Shown here: positions 38,115-48,762 of the stretch, piece by piece | Numbering within the stretch: position 1 is the first letter of the stretch | How the letters are laid out: the number at the start of each line of letters is the position of its first letter | Source: Candidatus Hydrogenedentota bacterium | GTDB lineage: Bacteria; Hydrogenedentota; Hydrogenedentia; Hydrogenedentales; JAEUWI01 | DNA: 64,000 nucleotides | Direction: 5' to 3' | Assembly (NCBI GenBank): GCA_034669905.1 | Contig: JAXMOL010000022.1 | Span: 1 to 64,000, forward strand | Translations under genes and position numbers: made by a program | The notes under the pieces: model-generated | Databases searched by the model: none | What the model was told of the DNA's origin: nothing | Seen by the model: only the letters and a program-made list of their open reading frames with translations

Positions 38115-39554
38115 TTAGAAATCCACCTGCACACGGGACTGGAGAATTTCGAGGTCCCCGTCATACAGGGCATTGTCAATCTGGGCGTAGATGTAGTTGA
38201 CCATGATGCGGGTGTTGGCGTTCAGGTACCAGTTGACCCCGAGGGTCAGGTTGTCCTCGGAGCCCCCCCGAACCGGCCCGTCATCCAGATCCACATGGGA
38301 ATAACGCGCCGCGAGTTCCCACGCCCCCCAACCACGGTTCTCGCCACGCCAGGCAAAGGGATCTTCCGGTATCACCCGCCAGAAGGCCCCGTTTTTGTAG
38401 GGACGCTGTTCACCGGTAAGGATCCAGGACAGGGCACCATAATAGCCCGAAAAACGGCGCTTGCCATAGTCGGTCGTTTCCACTTCTGCCGCGATGTATT
38501 CTCCCTGGAGCGATACCGCACCGTGCACCACGGCCCCTTCCAACCCATACGTGAAGAGTCGGGTCGTATCCAGGGCCCCCGTATTTACATAGCGCTGCGC
38601 CAGATAGGACTCGGGGCGCTGACGGAAAGTAATCTCGCCGTCGGGGTTTCGGCGGGAAAGGTTCAGGCCCAGGTGGACCAGACTGCGCCCATCCTCAGAG
38701 GCCCAGGGGACCCCCGTCAACCGGGCAGTATACCCATAGCCTGCCGCCTCATTGCTGTCATTATCCGATGGCCAGAAGTCGGTGGTCTTGAATATCCCGA
38801 CCACCCCATAGAGCCGATTATTCAGGGCTGATTTCTCCACCGTAATCCCCGTATTAAAGCTGGGCGTGAAGACGTTGACCAGGGAACGCTCCATGAAGGT
38901 CATGTAGGAATTGGAGGTCATTTCTTCCAGGGAGAACGGCTCTTGGAAATGGCCGATGCGCACCTTGTCAAAGAGGGGGACATCTTTAAAATCGATGAAA
39001 ACATCCCGAAACTGCCCCCCATCGTTTCCCGGCGAGTTGACGGCAAAATCATATTGGGCCTTGAAGCCAATGTGCTCGTAAATCGTTCCGCGAACGGACA
39101 GGCGCGCGCGACGAAAGGCCACCCCATCGTCTTCATCGCCCAAGCCAAAATCGGGATTCAAGGCAGCCAGCCGTTCCCAACGCTCGTCCGCATCGAAGAA
39201 GGCCATATCAAATTGGGTCCTCCCCCCGACGCGAATATCGAAGGCACCATCGTCTGAACGAAACTGGAGACCGTTATTGAAGTAGGCGTGCAGGCGTTGG
39301 GGGCCATCCGTCTTGGCAGAATCCACCGGCGGGGATGCCACTTCGGTCGCCGTCTCCGAGGAAGCCTCGGGTGATGGGGAGGCCGCCCCCTGAAGTTCCT
39401 GAACCAGTCGTTCCATCGTTGCGAGGCGCTGCTCAAGGGATTCCACCCGTTGTTGAAGCGCCTCTTTCTCTGCATCCTGCGCCACGATGGGACTTGAAAC
39501 CAAAACGCTGAGGCCCAAAATAGTCAGGAGGTAAAATCGGGTAACAATTCGCAT
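38115..39554 (-). CDS. OprO/OprP-family anion-selective porin
   Basis: Signal peptide, coiled coil, FRRARL, GHFQEPFSLE, FMERS, LTGE, GAWELAARYS and terminal Phe. Confidence 0.88.
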   Translation of the reverse strand: MRIVTRFYLLTILGLSVLVSSPIVAQDAEKEALQQRVESLEQRLATMERLVQELQGAASPSPEASSETATEVASPPVDSAKTDGPQRLHAYFNNGLQFRSDDGAFDIRVGGRTQFDMAFFDADERWERLAALNPDFGLGDEDDGVAFRRARLSVRGTIYEHIGFKAQYDFAVNSPGNDGGQFRDVFIDFKDVPLFDKVRIGHFQEPFSLEEMTSNSYMTFMERSLVNVFTPSFNTGITVEKSALNNRLYGVVGIFKTTDFWPSDNDSNEAAGYGYTARLTGVPWASEDGRSLVHLGLNLSRRNPDGEITFRQRPESYLAQRYVNTGALDTTRLFTYGLEGAVVHGAVSLQGEYIAAEVETTDYGKRRFSGYYGALSWILTGEQRPYKNGAFWRVIPEDPFAWRGENRGWGAWELAARYSHVDLDDGPVRGGSEDNLTLGVNWYLNANTRIMVNYIYAQIDNALYDGDLEILQSRVQVDF

Positions 39555-39756
39555 TTTTGTACTCCAAAGAGCACAGACACAGGGTCACGACACCCAGAGC
39601 AGTAGTATACGCTTCGGGGGTGAAACCCTTCAAGAAACGGGGAAAAAACACCGAAAGTTTGACCCTTCTGGGACGCGACAACGTACCCCATAGCGTCCAC
39701 CTTGCACCGCGCCCCCGGCGCACCGCATACTCTATCCAGCACGACGCAAAGGAGAG

Positions 39757-41229
39757 TTGCACATGCAAAAAGTGGACTTGATGGTAATCGGCTCGGGCCC
39801 TGCGGGTCAGCGCGCAGCCATTCAGGCGGTCAAGTTGGGGAAAAAAGTACTCGTCGCAGAAAAAAAACAGGTACTCGGTGGCGTTTGCACCAACACCGGG
39901 ACGATTCCCAGCAAGACCTTACGCGAGGCCATCATTCACTTTACCGGCCTCCGCCACCGTGCCGTCTACGGACGTAGCTTCCACATCAAGCACGACATCT
40001 CCTTCGCCGATCTAAATCAGCGGGTCAACCGTGTCGTTTCCCACGAGAACGAAGTCGCCCGAAGCCGGCTGCTGCGCACCGGCGTTGACGTGGCCTATGG
40101 ACTCGCTTCCTTTGAGTCCCCCAATGTGGTCGGCGTAGACACGATAAACGGTCGCCAGTTGGTGGAAGCCAAAAAGATCCTGATTAGCGTCGGCACCGTC
40201 CCCTACCGGGCGGATCGCGTGCCCTTCAACAACCGGACCATCATCGACACCGACAGTATCTTTGGCGAAGGCTTCAGCCTCGACAAGATGCCTCGGAGCA
40301 TGCTGATTGTGGGTGCCGGTGTCATTGGTACGGAGTACGCCTGCATGTTTTCCGCCATGGGGGTGGATGTACGCCTGCTGGATCGCCGCACCGAATTGTT
40401 CCGCTTTGTGGATCGCGAAATCTGCGAGGCCCTGACCTACCATATGCGTGATGAGCGGGTGACCCTCTATCTCGGTAAAGATTTTACCAAGGTCCAGGAA
40501 GACGCCCACGGCAACGTGGTGACCACCTTGGAAAATGGCCGGGAAATCAAGACGGATATGTTTATGTTCGCCTCCGGCCGCTCCGGGGCGACCGAAGGTC
40601 TGAACCTGGAGGCCGCGGGTCTCGCGGCCAACAGTCGGGGCCTGATTGATGTCAACGAAAACCTTCAGACTATCGTACCCCACATTTACGCCGCTGGCGA
40701 TATCGTGGGATTCCCGGCGTTGGCATCCACTTCCATGGAGCAGGGAAGGCTGGCCGCCTGTCACGCTTTCGGCGTCCCCTTTTTCTCCGACAACGAGTTG
40801 CTCCCCTACGGCATCTACACTATTCCCGAAATCTCGATGGTCGGCAAGACCGAGCACGAACTGAGTGAAGAGGGTACCCCCTATGAAGTCGGTATCGCGC
40901 GCTATCGGGAAGTAGCCAAAGGGCAGATAATGGGGGACGAAACGGGAATGTTGAAGCTGGTATTTCACCAGAAGACCGGCCGCCTCCTCGGCGTTCATAT
41001 CATGGGCGATGGGGCGTCGGAGTTATTGCACATCGGCCAGGCCGTTATGGCCTTCGGCGGCTCCATCAGCTACTTCATCGACACCGTCTTCAATTACCCC
41101 ACCCTCGCCGAAGCCTATAAGATCGCGGCCCTGAACGGGCTGAAACGACTGGGCGCACAAGGGCACGCGGAAATCCATGAAACGACGCCTTCGGTGTCCA
41201 GCCCAGCCCCCGTCGCTCCAGAAGAATAG
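39757..41229 (+). CDS. sthA: Soluble pyridine nucleotide transhydrogenase
   Basis: GGVCTNTGTIPSKTLREA (CxxxGT), GFPALASTSMEQGR, GIYTIPE and FNYPTLAEAYK. Confidence 0.92.
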   Translation: MHMQKVDLMVIGSGPAGQRAAIQAVKLGKKVLVAEKKQVLGGVCTNTGTIPSKTLREAIIHFTGLRHRAVYGRSFHIKHDISFADLNQRVNRVVSHENEVARSRLLRTGVDVAYGLASFESPNVVGVDTINGRQLVEAKKILISVGTVPYRADRVPFNNRTIIDTDSIFGEGFSLDKMPRSMLIVGAGVIGTEYACMFSAMGVDVRLLDRRTELFRFVDREICEALTYHMRDERVTLYLGKDFTKVQEDAHGNVVTTLENGREIKTDMFMFASGRSGATEGLNLEAAGLAANSRGLIDVNENLQTIVPHIYAAGDIVGFPALASTSMEQGRLAACHAFGVPFFSDNELLPYGIYTIPEISMVGKTEHELSEEGTPYEVGIARYREVAKGQIMGDETGMLKLVFHQKTGRLLGVHIMGDGASELLHIGQAVMAFGGSISYFIDTVFNYPTLAEAYKIAALNGLKRLGAQGHAEIHETTPSVSSPAPVAPEE

Positions 41230-41245
41230 GCGTCGGCCCGGGGGC

Positions 41246-41392
41246 TCAGACGCCGATACCCAGTGCATTGGTGATATGTATGAGGCCGGGAATTTCGAAT
41301 CCAAATACTTTTGCCACGACCGCCAGCAAGACGATGACCAGAACGAGCGCGAAGAGCGCCGCAAACGTTTCACGAATTTTAACCATTTTCAT
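41246..41392 (-). CDS. Small 48-aa membrane protein
   Basis: AAAGGTGG SD; MKMVKIRETFAALFALVLVIVLLAVVAKVFGFEIPGLIHITNALGIGV-stop. Confidence 0.65.
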   Translation of the reverse strand: MKMVKIRETFAALFALVLVIVLLAVVAKVFGFEIPGLIHITNALGIGV

Positions 41393-41674
41393 ATCAAAAC
41401 CACCTTTGTCGCAGGACTGACCTATCAGAACGAGGAACCGTGCGATTCCGTCTCTGATCCTGCCCTACGTCGTATTCCCATAGCAAGCCCCTGCGGGCCA
41501 TTGAGGAGAAAATACGCAATTTTAAAAAGATTTCCGGTATAATGAGCGGGTGTAACAATTGGGACTACGGGGAAGTCTAAACAATGTTGGTAAGTCACGT
41601 ACGGCGGGCGTTGATCGTAGAAAGTTTACATGGGTACGTACGCATTTCAGGGCAGTCGTTTGGAAGGCAAGGGT

Positions 41675-42577
41675 ATGGCGAACATTCTCGTCGTTGATGA
41701 CGACACACGCATCACCACATTCTTATGTGAGCAACTAACTGGCAAAGGTCACAATTGCACCTTTAAGTCCCGGGGAGAACCCGCCCTCGAGAGTGTGGTC
41801 CAGAACCCGGTGGATTTGTTGATTCTGGATGTCATGCTGCCGGACGTGTCCGGATTTGAGGTGTGTCGCCGCATCCGCGCCAATACCGATCTTTACACTC
41901 TGCCCATTCTTCTCCTCTCCTCCATGAACTCGGAAGAAGAAATTGCCCATGGTCTGGCCCAAGGGGCCGACGACTACGTGACAAAACCCTTCAACACGTC
42001 TGCGCTGATCGGGCGCATTGAAAATCTGTTGGCGACCAATCTGTCCGCCCCCCTCACGGATGACATGACCGGACTGCCCACTGCAAAGAGCGTCAAGCTC
42101 GAAATCCAGAAGTCCATCACCGATCGAACCCACTTCATCATTGGGTATATCGAACTGATTCGTATCAATGAGTTCTTCAAGGATGCCGGACGGGATGCCC
42201 AGGCCAAGGCCTTGCGCCACTTCGGGCGCTGCCTCCACATGTGCGCACGGGAAATAAAACCCAAGTTTTTCTCTATCGGACACATGGGTGGCGGTCACTT
42301 CGTCTATATTATCTCCCCCGAGCATTCCCAGCCTTACAGTGAACGGGTGGTCCATGTCTGGCAGAAGCACCGGACCCGCTTCCTGGAAGAACTGGGGAAA
42401 CCCGCTCAGTTGAAGGCCTGGCAACAGCATAAAACGCTGGAGTTACTCATGTGCATCACGAAGCGGGATTCGGATAGCAAAGCCAGCTCCCGGGATCTCT
42501 TTGAGATTCTCTCCCACCTGCGCACCAAGGCCTCGCAAAACGGACAGACCGGCCTGGTGGCCGATCGGCGCATTTAG
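41675..42577 (+). CDS. Response regulator with degenerate GGDEF-like output domain
   Basis: REC domain (VVDDD, LDVMLP, DYVTKPF), then DMTGLP and GHMGGGHF. Confidence 0.8.
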   Translation: MANILVVDDDTRITTFLCEQLTGKGHNCTFKSRGEPALESVVQNPVDLLILDVMLPDVSGFEVCRRIRANTDLYTLPILLLSSMNSEEEIAHGLAQGADDYVTKPFNTSALIGRIENLLATNLSAPLTDDMTGLPTAKSVKLEIQKSITDRTHFIIGYIELIRINEFFKDAGRDAQAKALRHFGRCLHMCAREIKPKFFSIGHMGGGHFVYIISPEHSQPYSERVVHVWQKHRTRFLEELGKPAQLKAWQQHKTLELLMCITKRDSDSKASSRDLFEILSHLRTKASQNGQTGLVADRRI

Positions 42578-42775
42578 TTTGTCCCCCCATTAATCCGGGC
42601 GGAAACGTTGCAATTCACCCGCCGAAAGCCCTATGATCGCGCACTTGGATGGGGGTATCACGTTGCCCCATCCCGCTCGGATTCATTCCTCTCCCCCGGT
42701 CTTACGCCCCAGAGGTGTGCATATCCACCCAATGAGTAGACGTGAAAGCTAACCACCGGTTTCAGAGAGGCCGCT

Positions 42776-44077
42776 ATGAGACGTAGTATAGTTCATGAGG
42801 GTGCAGGAAATCTCAGTTACGAGATCCGCGAGATCGTGGCCGTCGCCCGGGAAGTCCGCGCCTTAGGCCGCGAAATCATCTGGGAAAACATCGGTGACCC
42901 CATCGAAAAAGGCGAGGCCCTCGCCCCCTGGATCAAGGAAATCCTCCAGGGCCTCCTGGAAGTGCCCGCGAGCTATGGCTATTGCGATTCCGCCGGCGTC
43001 ATCGAGACCCGTGAATTCCTGGCCGCCAAGGTCAATGAACGGGATGGTGGCGTCAAGATCACGCCCAATGACCTTCTCTTCTTCAACGGCATTGGTGACG
43101 CGGTCGCACGGGTTTACGGATTCCTGAAGCGGGAAGCCCGCATCCTGGGCCCCTCCCCCGCCTACAGCACCCACTCCTCCGCCGAAGCCGCCCACTCCGG
43201 ATACGCCCACCTGACCTATGAGCTCGATCCGCTCAACGGCTGGCTCCCCGATGTGAACGACATCCGCATGAAGGTCAAATATAACGACTCTATCGCGGGC
43301 ATCCTCATCCTGACGCCGGATAACCCCACGGGTGCCGTGTATCCCCGGGAAATCCTCGATGAGATCGTGAAGATCGCCCAGGAATTCAACCTCTTCATCA
43401 TTACCGACGAGATTTACGCCCATATCGTCTATGAAGGCTACCCCCGACTCCACACCAGCGAATGGATTCAGGATGTGCCCGCCATTTCCATGCGCGGCAT
43501 CAGCAAGGAATACCCCTGGCCCGGTTCCCGCTGCGGCTGGCTCGAAGTACTCAACCGGGGTAAGGACGCCAACTTCTCCACCTACGTGGAAAGCCTCCTG
43601 GCCGCCAAGCGCCTCGAAGTGTGCTCCACCACCCTGCCCCAGATGTCTATCCCCCTCGTGTTCGGGGACGAGCGCTATCCAACCCACCTCACGACCCGTG
43701 CGGCCATGTTCAACGACCGGGCGGATGAAGCAGCGGCGGCCTTTGAGGGCTGTGAGTACGTCATCGCCAACAAACCCGGCGGGGCCTTCTACTTCACTAT
43801 TATGTTCAAGGAAAACGTCCTCAACAACGAGCAGACCCTGGAAATCGACAATGCCGGCATCAAGGCGCGCATCGAAGAATTGGTCCAGGGCGTCTCGCCG
43901 GATAAGCGCTTCGTCTACTATCTCATGGGCGCCACCGGCATCGTCGTCGTACCCCTGACCGGCTTCCAGTGCAGCCACGCGGGCTTCCGCTTCACCCTGC
44001 TGGAATGCGACCCGGAAAAACGGAAATACATCTTCCAAACCCTCCGCGACTCCATCGACACCTACTGCAACACGTAG
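42776..44077 (+). CDS. PLP-dependent class I/II aminotransferase (AlaA-like)
   Basis: LSYEIR, ENIGDP, PDNPTG, DEIY and GISKEYPWPGSRCGW. Confidence 0.88.
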   Translation: MRRSIVHEGAGNLSYEIREIVAVAREVRALGREIIWENIGDPIEKGEALAPWIKEILQGLLEVPASYGYCDSAGVIETREFLAAKVNERDGGVKITPNDLLFFNGIGDAVARVYGFLKREARILGPSPAYSTHSSAEAAHSGYAHLTYELDPLNGWLPDVNDIRMKVKYNDSIAGILILTPDNPTGAVYPREILDEIVKIAQEFNLFIITDEIYAHIVYEGYPRLHTSEWIQDVPAISMRGISKEYPWPGSRCGWLEVLNRGKDANFSTYVESLLAAKRLEVCSTTLPQMSIPLVFGDERYPTHLTTRAAMFNDRADEAAAAFEGCEYVIANKPGGAFYFTIMFKENVLNNEQTLEIDNAGIKARIEELVQGVSPDKRFVYYLMGATGIVVVPLTGFQCSHAGFRFTLLECDPEKRKYIFQTLRDSIDTYCNT

Positions 44078-44096
44078 GCTATAGCCCTCCCCCACC

Positions 44097-44134
44097 AAGG
44101 CCTGGTAACGCACGACGTTGCCAGGCCTTTTTTT
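44097..44134 (+). terminator. Intrinsic terminator
   Basis: AAGGCCTGGTAACG-loop-CGTTGCCAGGCCTT followed by a T tract. Confidence 0.85.
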
Positions 44135-44149
44135 GCGCCTTAATGCAAT

Positions 44150-45310
44150 CCGGGGACAGCCTCGCGCGACAACCCTCAATGCCGATCCGCAATACGGTGC
44201 CATGGGCACCGATGCCGTCGGGCCGTCGGCGCTCCATAGGCGCACCTATGGGACGGTATCGCGCCAGTGCAACGCAGTTATTTCAAGATGGCATTGCACC
44301 ATCCCAGCCACTTCGCCATGACAAGCGACACCCCACCGCGCGTTCCTGTCCCGGTGGTGGGACTGTCCTCGACTTCGTCCCAGGTCGTAGACGCGCCGTG
44401 GTGGGCGAAGTTCGGGACTGTACCGGCAGTACGCCACGACGGCAGTCGGTCTCACCAATTCCCCGTCTCCCCACCCATGCGTCACCCGGAACAAGGAGCT
44501 CGGACACTCTTATCCGAGGCAAAAGCCTTTTCGCACGCGTCCAGCAAGGAGAGGCACTGCCCATCGCAATTCGGTGCCATGGGCACCGATGCCGTCGGGC
44601 CGACGGCGCTCCATAGGCGCACCTATGGGACGGTATCGCGCCAGTGCAACGCAGGTATTTTAGGACGTCGTCGTACCATCCCAGCCACTCTGCCCCTACA
44701 CGCGTCACGCCAACGCGCGTTCCTGTCCCGGTGGCCGTAAGCCAGCCGCCCCGTGGACACAAAAGAGAACGGCGGAGAAACCACCCCAGGTGCGCAGACA
44801 TTCCTGTCTGCCATAACGGTAGCGGATGCGCGCTTTCGTTCCCGTCGGCCTCCTAAAAACCACGTCTTCCCATACTGCCGGGACAGCCTCGCGCATCAAC
44901 GCCAACTACCCATCCGCTGAATCCGCCGTCACCTCCCCGTCCACTCGCTACCCTAAGTGACTTTCAGCGCGAAGGCAGTCCCTGTGGTGGGACTGTCCTC
45001 GACTTCGCCCGAAGCGAAGTTCGGGACTGTACCGGCAGTACGCCACGACGGCAGTCGGTCTCACCAATTCCACGTCTCCCCATACTGCCGGGACAGCCTC
45101 GCGCATCAACGTTCACTACTCACCCGTTGAATGCGCGATCACGCCCCCGTCCACACCCTACCCCACGTAGCTTTCAGCGCGCAGGCAGTCCCTGTGGGAC
45201 GGTATCGCGCCAGTGCAACGCAGGTATTCCAAGATGGCATTACACCATCCCAGCCACTCCGCCCATAGACGCGCCACGTCAACGCGCGTTCCTGTCCCGG
45301 TGGCCGTAGC
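44150..45310. repeat. Mosaic of palindromic REP/BIME-like repeats
   Basis: Unit A 44188-44357, 44565-44734 and partial 45194-45308; unit B 44860-44987 and 45070-45197; element C 44357-44462 and 44987-45071. Confidence 0.88.
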
Positions 45311-45617
45311 TTCCTAACCCCACACCACATATGACGGACCGCTGGCGGTTCGCTAAAATCTGCTCACACGGCCCGCCGACCCGCTCGCCAAGCCCACCGG
45401 GACATGCAGCCGCCTTTGAGCGCGCCATGGCAAACCAAGTCACGCCAAGCGACCACAGGCAATCGTCCCTACCCATAGGGCCCCTGCGGCAGAAGGGTGC
45501 TTCAACCCGCATTCCAAAGTGCTGCTCGGCACCCGCCGGCATCACCAATACGTCATGGCGCATATCCTTATAGGGAACTACCCCTACATGTCCTTGCTCC
45601 TGATTTTGCCAGTCGGG

Positions 45618-48600
45618 TTATGCCTTCGGACCAGCGGTGTCAGCAGAGATGCCGGCATCGAAAGTCTTCTTGCTCCTGTGGGCGACAAGATAGAGAATCG
45701 GAAGCACAATAAGGGTCAGTATCGTATTGGTGATCACGCCGCCTACCACGACGGTCGCGAGTGGTCGTTGTACCTCGGCCCCGACACCGGTGGATAGGGC
45801 CATAGGAATGAATCCCGCTGCGTCGGTGACGGCGGTTGCCAATACGGGACGCAGACGTTGCTTGCCTGCCTCGATGACCGCATTAAGTATGGGTAGCCCG
45901 TCATTTGAATAGCCACGAATCGCCGCCACGAGCACCTGTCCATTGAGGACCGCGATACCACTCAAGGCAATGAACCCGACTGCTGCACTCACGCTGAACG
46001 GAATATCTCTCAGATACAACGACAGGATGCCACCCACGAAGGCGAAGGGAATCCCGGTGTAGATGATGAGCACGTCTCGCAGCCGTCCGAGGCTGAAATA
46101 GAGCAGCATGAAGACTAGCAGTAGCGTGAGGGGCACAATGATGGCGAGCCGCCATTGAGCCCGCTCAAGGTTCTCGAACTGCCCACCCCAATCGACGACG
46201 TAGCCCTCTGGAAGATCTACTTCGCGGGCAATGGCCCCTTTGGCTTCCTCGACGAAGGACCCGACGTCGCGCCCCCGCACGTTCGCCTGAACGCGAATAA
46301 GACGCCGACTCCACTCCCGGTTGATCGTCGCCGGGCTGTCACCGAGCCTCACGTCGGCCAGTTGATTCAATTGGAGCCGGGCACCCGATTCAGTCGCGAT
46401 ACGTACTTCAGACAATTTCTGCACGTCCGTCCGGTACTCGTCCGGGAGCCGCATGACTAAGGGGAATACTCGCTGGCCTTCATAGATTGAACCGACCTTC
46501 GTTCCACCGACCGCCTCGACCATATCCAGCACGTCGCCGCCCGGAATCCCGAACCGGGCGATGCGGGCTTGATCGACTTCGACCTGTAGTGTGGGCTGTC
46601 CGGTCACCTGATCCACGGAGAGATCCGCTGCACCGTCAACGTTAATCAGGGCGGCTTGGACTTCATCGGCCAACCGCACCAATTCGTCGAAGTCGTCGCC
46701 ATAGATCTTGATGCCCACGTCGGAACGCATGCCAGCCGACAGTTCGTTCATCCGCAACTCAATCGGCTGGGAGTAGGCGATGTTTAGCCCCGGCATGATG
46801 GCGAGCCGTTGCTCAATCGAGTCAATCAATTCGGTCTGGTTGGTCGCCCGCGTCCATTGTTTCCGTGGGTGGAGCGTCATAAAGATATCCGTGAGTTCCG
46901 TCCCCATCGGGTCAGTGGCAACCTCCGCAACACCGATGCGGCTCCAGACATACTTGATTTCGTCCGGATACTCTTCGAGGAGGACCTTCTCGATCCGGGT
47001 GTTGTAATTCACCGACGTGGGAATGGATATCCCCGCAAGCCGGATCACGTTGGCGGCAATCGCACCCTCGCTCAGCCGTGGGGTAAATTCTGCTCCAAGG
47101 CGCGTCGCGAAGAACCCAGTCCCGACGAGAATAGCAACAGTCAGCGGAAGCACGGCCCATCGCAACATCAATGATGCCTTGAGAATCCGCTCGTACACGA
47201 CAACGAGTAGGTGGCCCAATCCTTTGCGTTCCGGCTTCGCGTTCCAGGGCAGGGCGTAGTACGAGAGCACTGGCGAGACGAAGATGGCGAGCACAAGTGC
47301 TCCGGCCAGGGCGAGGATAAAAGTGAATGCCATCGGCCGAAACATCTTGCCTTCGACCCCTTCCAGCGTCAGTATTGGGAAGAAGACAATCATGATGATC
47401 ACCATCCCGAAAACGATTGGTCGGACGACTTCCCGGCTCGATTCGAGCATGCAGGCAAGACGTTCCTTGCTCGTCAGTTTTCCTCCCTTCTCCGCTTGCC
47501 GCTCTCGCAGGCGACGCAAGTTGGTTTCGGTCATGACAACGCTGCCATCCACCAAGATGCCGAAATCGATGGCACCCAGACTCAACAGGCTCGCGGCGAT
47601 GGCGAACTCGAACATACCGAGAACGGCGAAGAGCATCGCCATGGGAATGGTCACCGCGACCAGCAGGCCCGCTTGGAGATTGCCTAGCAACACAAACAGC
47701 ACGACTATGACTAACGCCGCTCCCATGAGCAGATTGTGTTCGACTGTCCCGATGACCTTGTCCACCAGTTCGGTTCGGTCGTAGACCACAGTCAAGACGA
47801 TGTCTTCAGGGAGGGAAGGAGCAACCGACTCCAGCCGCTCGCGAAGGGCGGCGGTTACCTCGTTGCTGTTCTCGCCGAGCAGCATAAACCCCAGGCCCAT
47901 CAATGCCTCGCCCTGCCCTTGGAAGGTGATTGCCCCCCGGCGGATTTCGTGGTCTAGCCGTACTTCGGCAAGATCGTGGATGTGGATCGGCGTGCCATCG
48001 AATGCCGCCACGACGATGTCGCCGATTTCCTGCGTTGTTGAGACCCGGCCAAGTCCATGAACCAAGAGGGACTCGCCCGAGCGGGTGACCTGCCCGCCAC
48101 CCGCATTGCGGTTGTTGTGTTCCAGGGCGGATTTCACTTCGCCCAAGGTGAGTTCGTACTCGATGAGGGCGTTGGGATCGACGATGACGTGGTACTGTTT
48201 TTCAAAGCCGCCCCAACTGTTGACCTCGGCGACGCCGGGCACCTTGAGGAGTTCCGGCTTTACCACCCAATCGTGAATCTCACGAATTTCCATGGTCGTG
48301 CGATCCGGATCATCCGACCGCATGACATAGTGGAGCACCTCGCCCAATCCCGTCGAGATTGGTCCAAGCTGTGGCTGCTCAATTCCCTCTGGCAGCACCA
48401 CGGTGTTGAGGCGCTCCATGATGAATTGGCGGGCGTTATAGATGTCCGTGTCATCGTCGAAGACCGCGACCACCTGCGAAAATCCGAATTTCGACGCGGA
48501 ACGGACGTTCTGCAAGCCCGGTAGTCCCGAAATGGCCAGTTCGATGGGCAGGGTTATCTGCTGCTCGATTTCGGCTGCATTGAGCGATTCCGCCGTCGTA

Positions 48601-48749
48601 TTGACTTGGACCTGTATCGGCGACGTGTCGGGAAACGCATCGACCGGCAATGTGGTCAATCGCCAAGCACCTAAGCCGCAAATCAGCACGAGGAGGGCGA
48701 CGACAAGAATTCGGTTGTTAAGGGCGTAATCTGTTAGGCGTTCTAGCAT
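45618..48749 (-). CDS. czcA: CusA/CzcA heavy-metal efflux RND permease
   Basis: LPVDAFPD, LGPISTGLGE, SLGAIDFGILVDGS, GKMFRPMA and GAEVQRPLATVVVGG. Confidence 0.92.
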   Translation of the reverse strand: MLERLTDYALNNRILVVALLVLICGLGAWRLTTLPVDAFPDTSPIQVQVNTTAESLNAAEIEQQITLPIELAISGLPGLQNVRSASKFGFSQVVAVFDDDTDIYNARQFIMERLNTVVLPEGIEQPQLGPISTGLGEVLHYVMRSDDPDRTTMEIREIHDWVVKPELLKVPGVAEVNSWGGFEKQYHVIVDPNALIEYELTLGEVKSALEHNNRNAGGGQVTRSGESLLVHGLGRVSTTQEIGDIVVAAFDGTPIHIHDLAEVRLDHEIRRGAITFQGQGEALMGLGFMLLGENSNEVTAALRERLESVAPSLPEDIVLTVVYDRTELVDKVIGTVEHNLLMGAALVIVVLFVLLGNLQAGLLVAVTIPMAMLFAVLGMFEFAIAASLLSLGAIDFGILVDGSVVMTETNLRRLRERQAEKGGKLTSKERLACMLESSREVVRPIVFGMVIIMIVFFPILTLEGVEGKMFRPMAFTFILALAGALVLAIFVSPVLSYYALPWNAKPERKGLGHLLVVVYERILKASLMLRWAVLPLTVAILVGTGFFATRLGAEFTPRLSEGAIAANVIRLAGISIPTSVNYNTRIEKVLLEEYPDEIKYVWSRIGVAEVATDPMGTELTDIFMTLHPRKQWTRATNQTELIDSIEQRLAIMPGLNIAYSQPIELRMNELSAGMRSDVGIKIYGDDFDELVRLADEVQAALINVDGAADLSVDQVTGQPTLQVEVDQARIARFGIPGGDVLDMVEAVGGTKVGSIYEGQRVFPLVMRLPDEYRTDVQKLSEVRIATESGARLQLNQLADVRLGDSPATINREWSRRLIRVQANVRGRDVGSFVEEAKGAIAREVDLPEGYVVDWGGQFENLERAQWRLAIIVPLTLLLVFMLLYFSLGRLRDVLIIYTGIPFAFVGGILSLYLRDIPFSVSAAVGFIALSGIAVLNGQVLVAAIRGYSNDGLPILNAVIEAGKQRLRPVLATAVTDAAGFIPMALSTGVGAEVQRPLATVVVGGVITNTILTLIVLPILYLVAHRSKKTFDAGISADTAGPKA

Positions 48750-48762
48750 GTCTTCATCCCGC

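Noticed and set aside
44150..45310. CRISPR array
   Set aside because: Units are 50-170 bp, irregularly spaced, without unique equal-length spacers, and no cas genes are in the window.
44118..45573. Short ORFs across the repeat mosaic
   Set aside because: They have no recognisable motifs, and their repeated peptides just mirror the DNA repeats.
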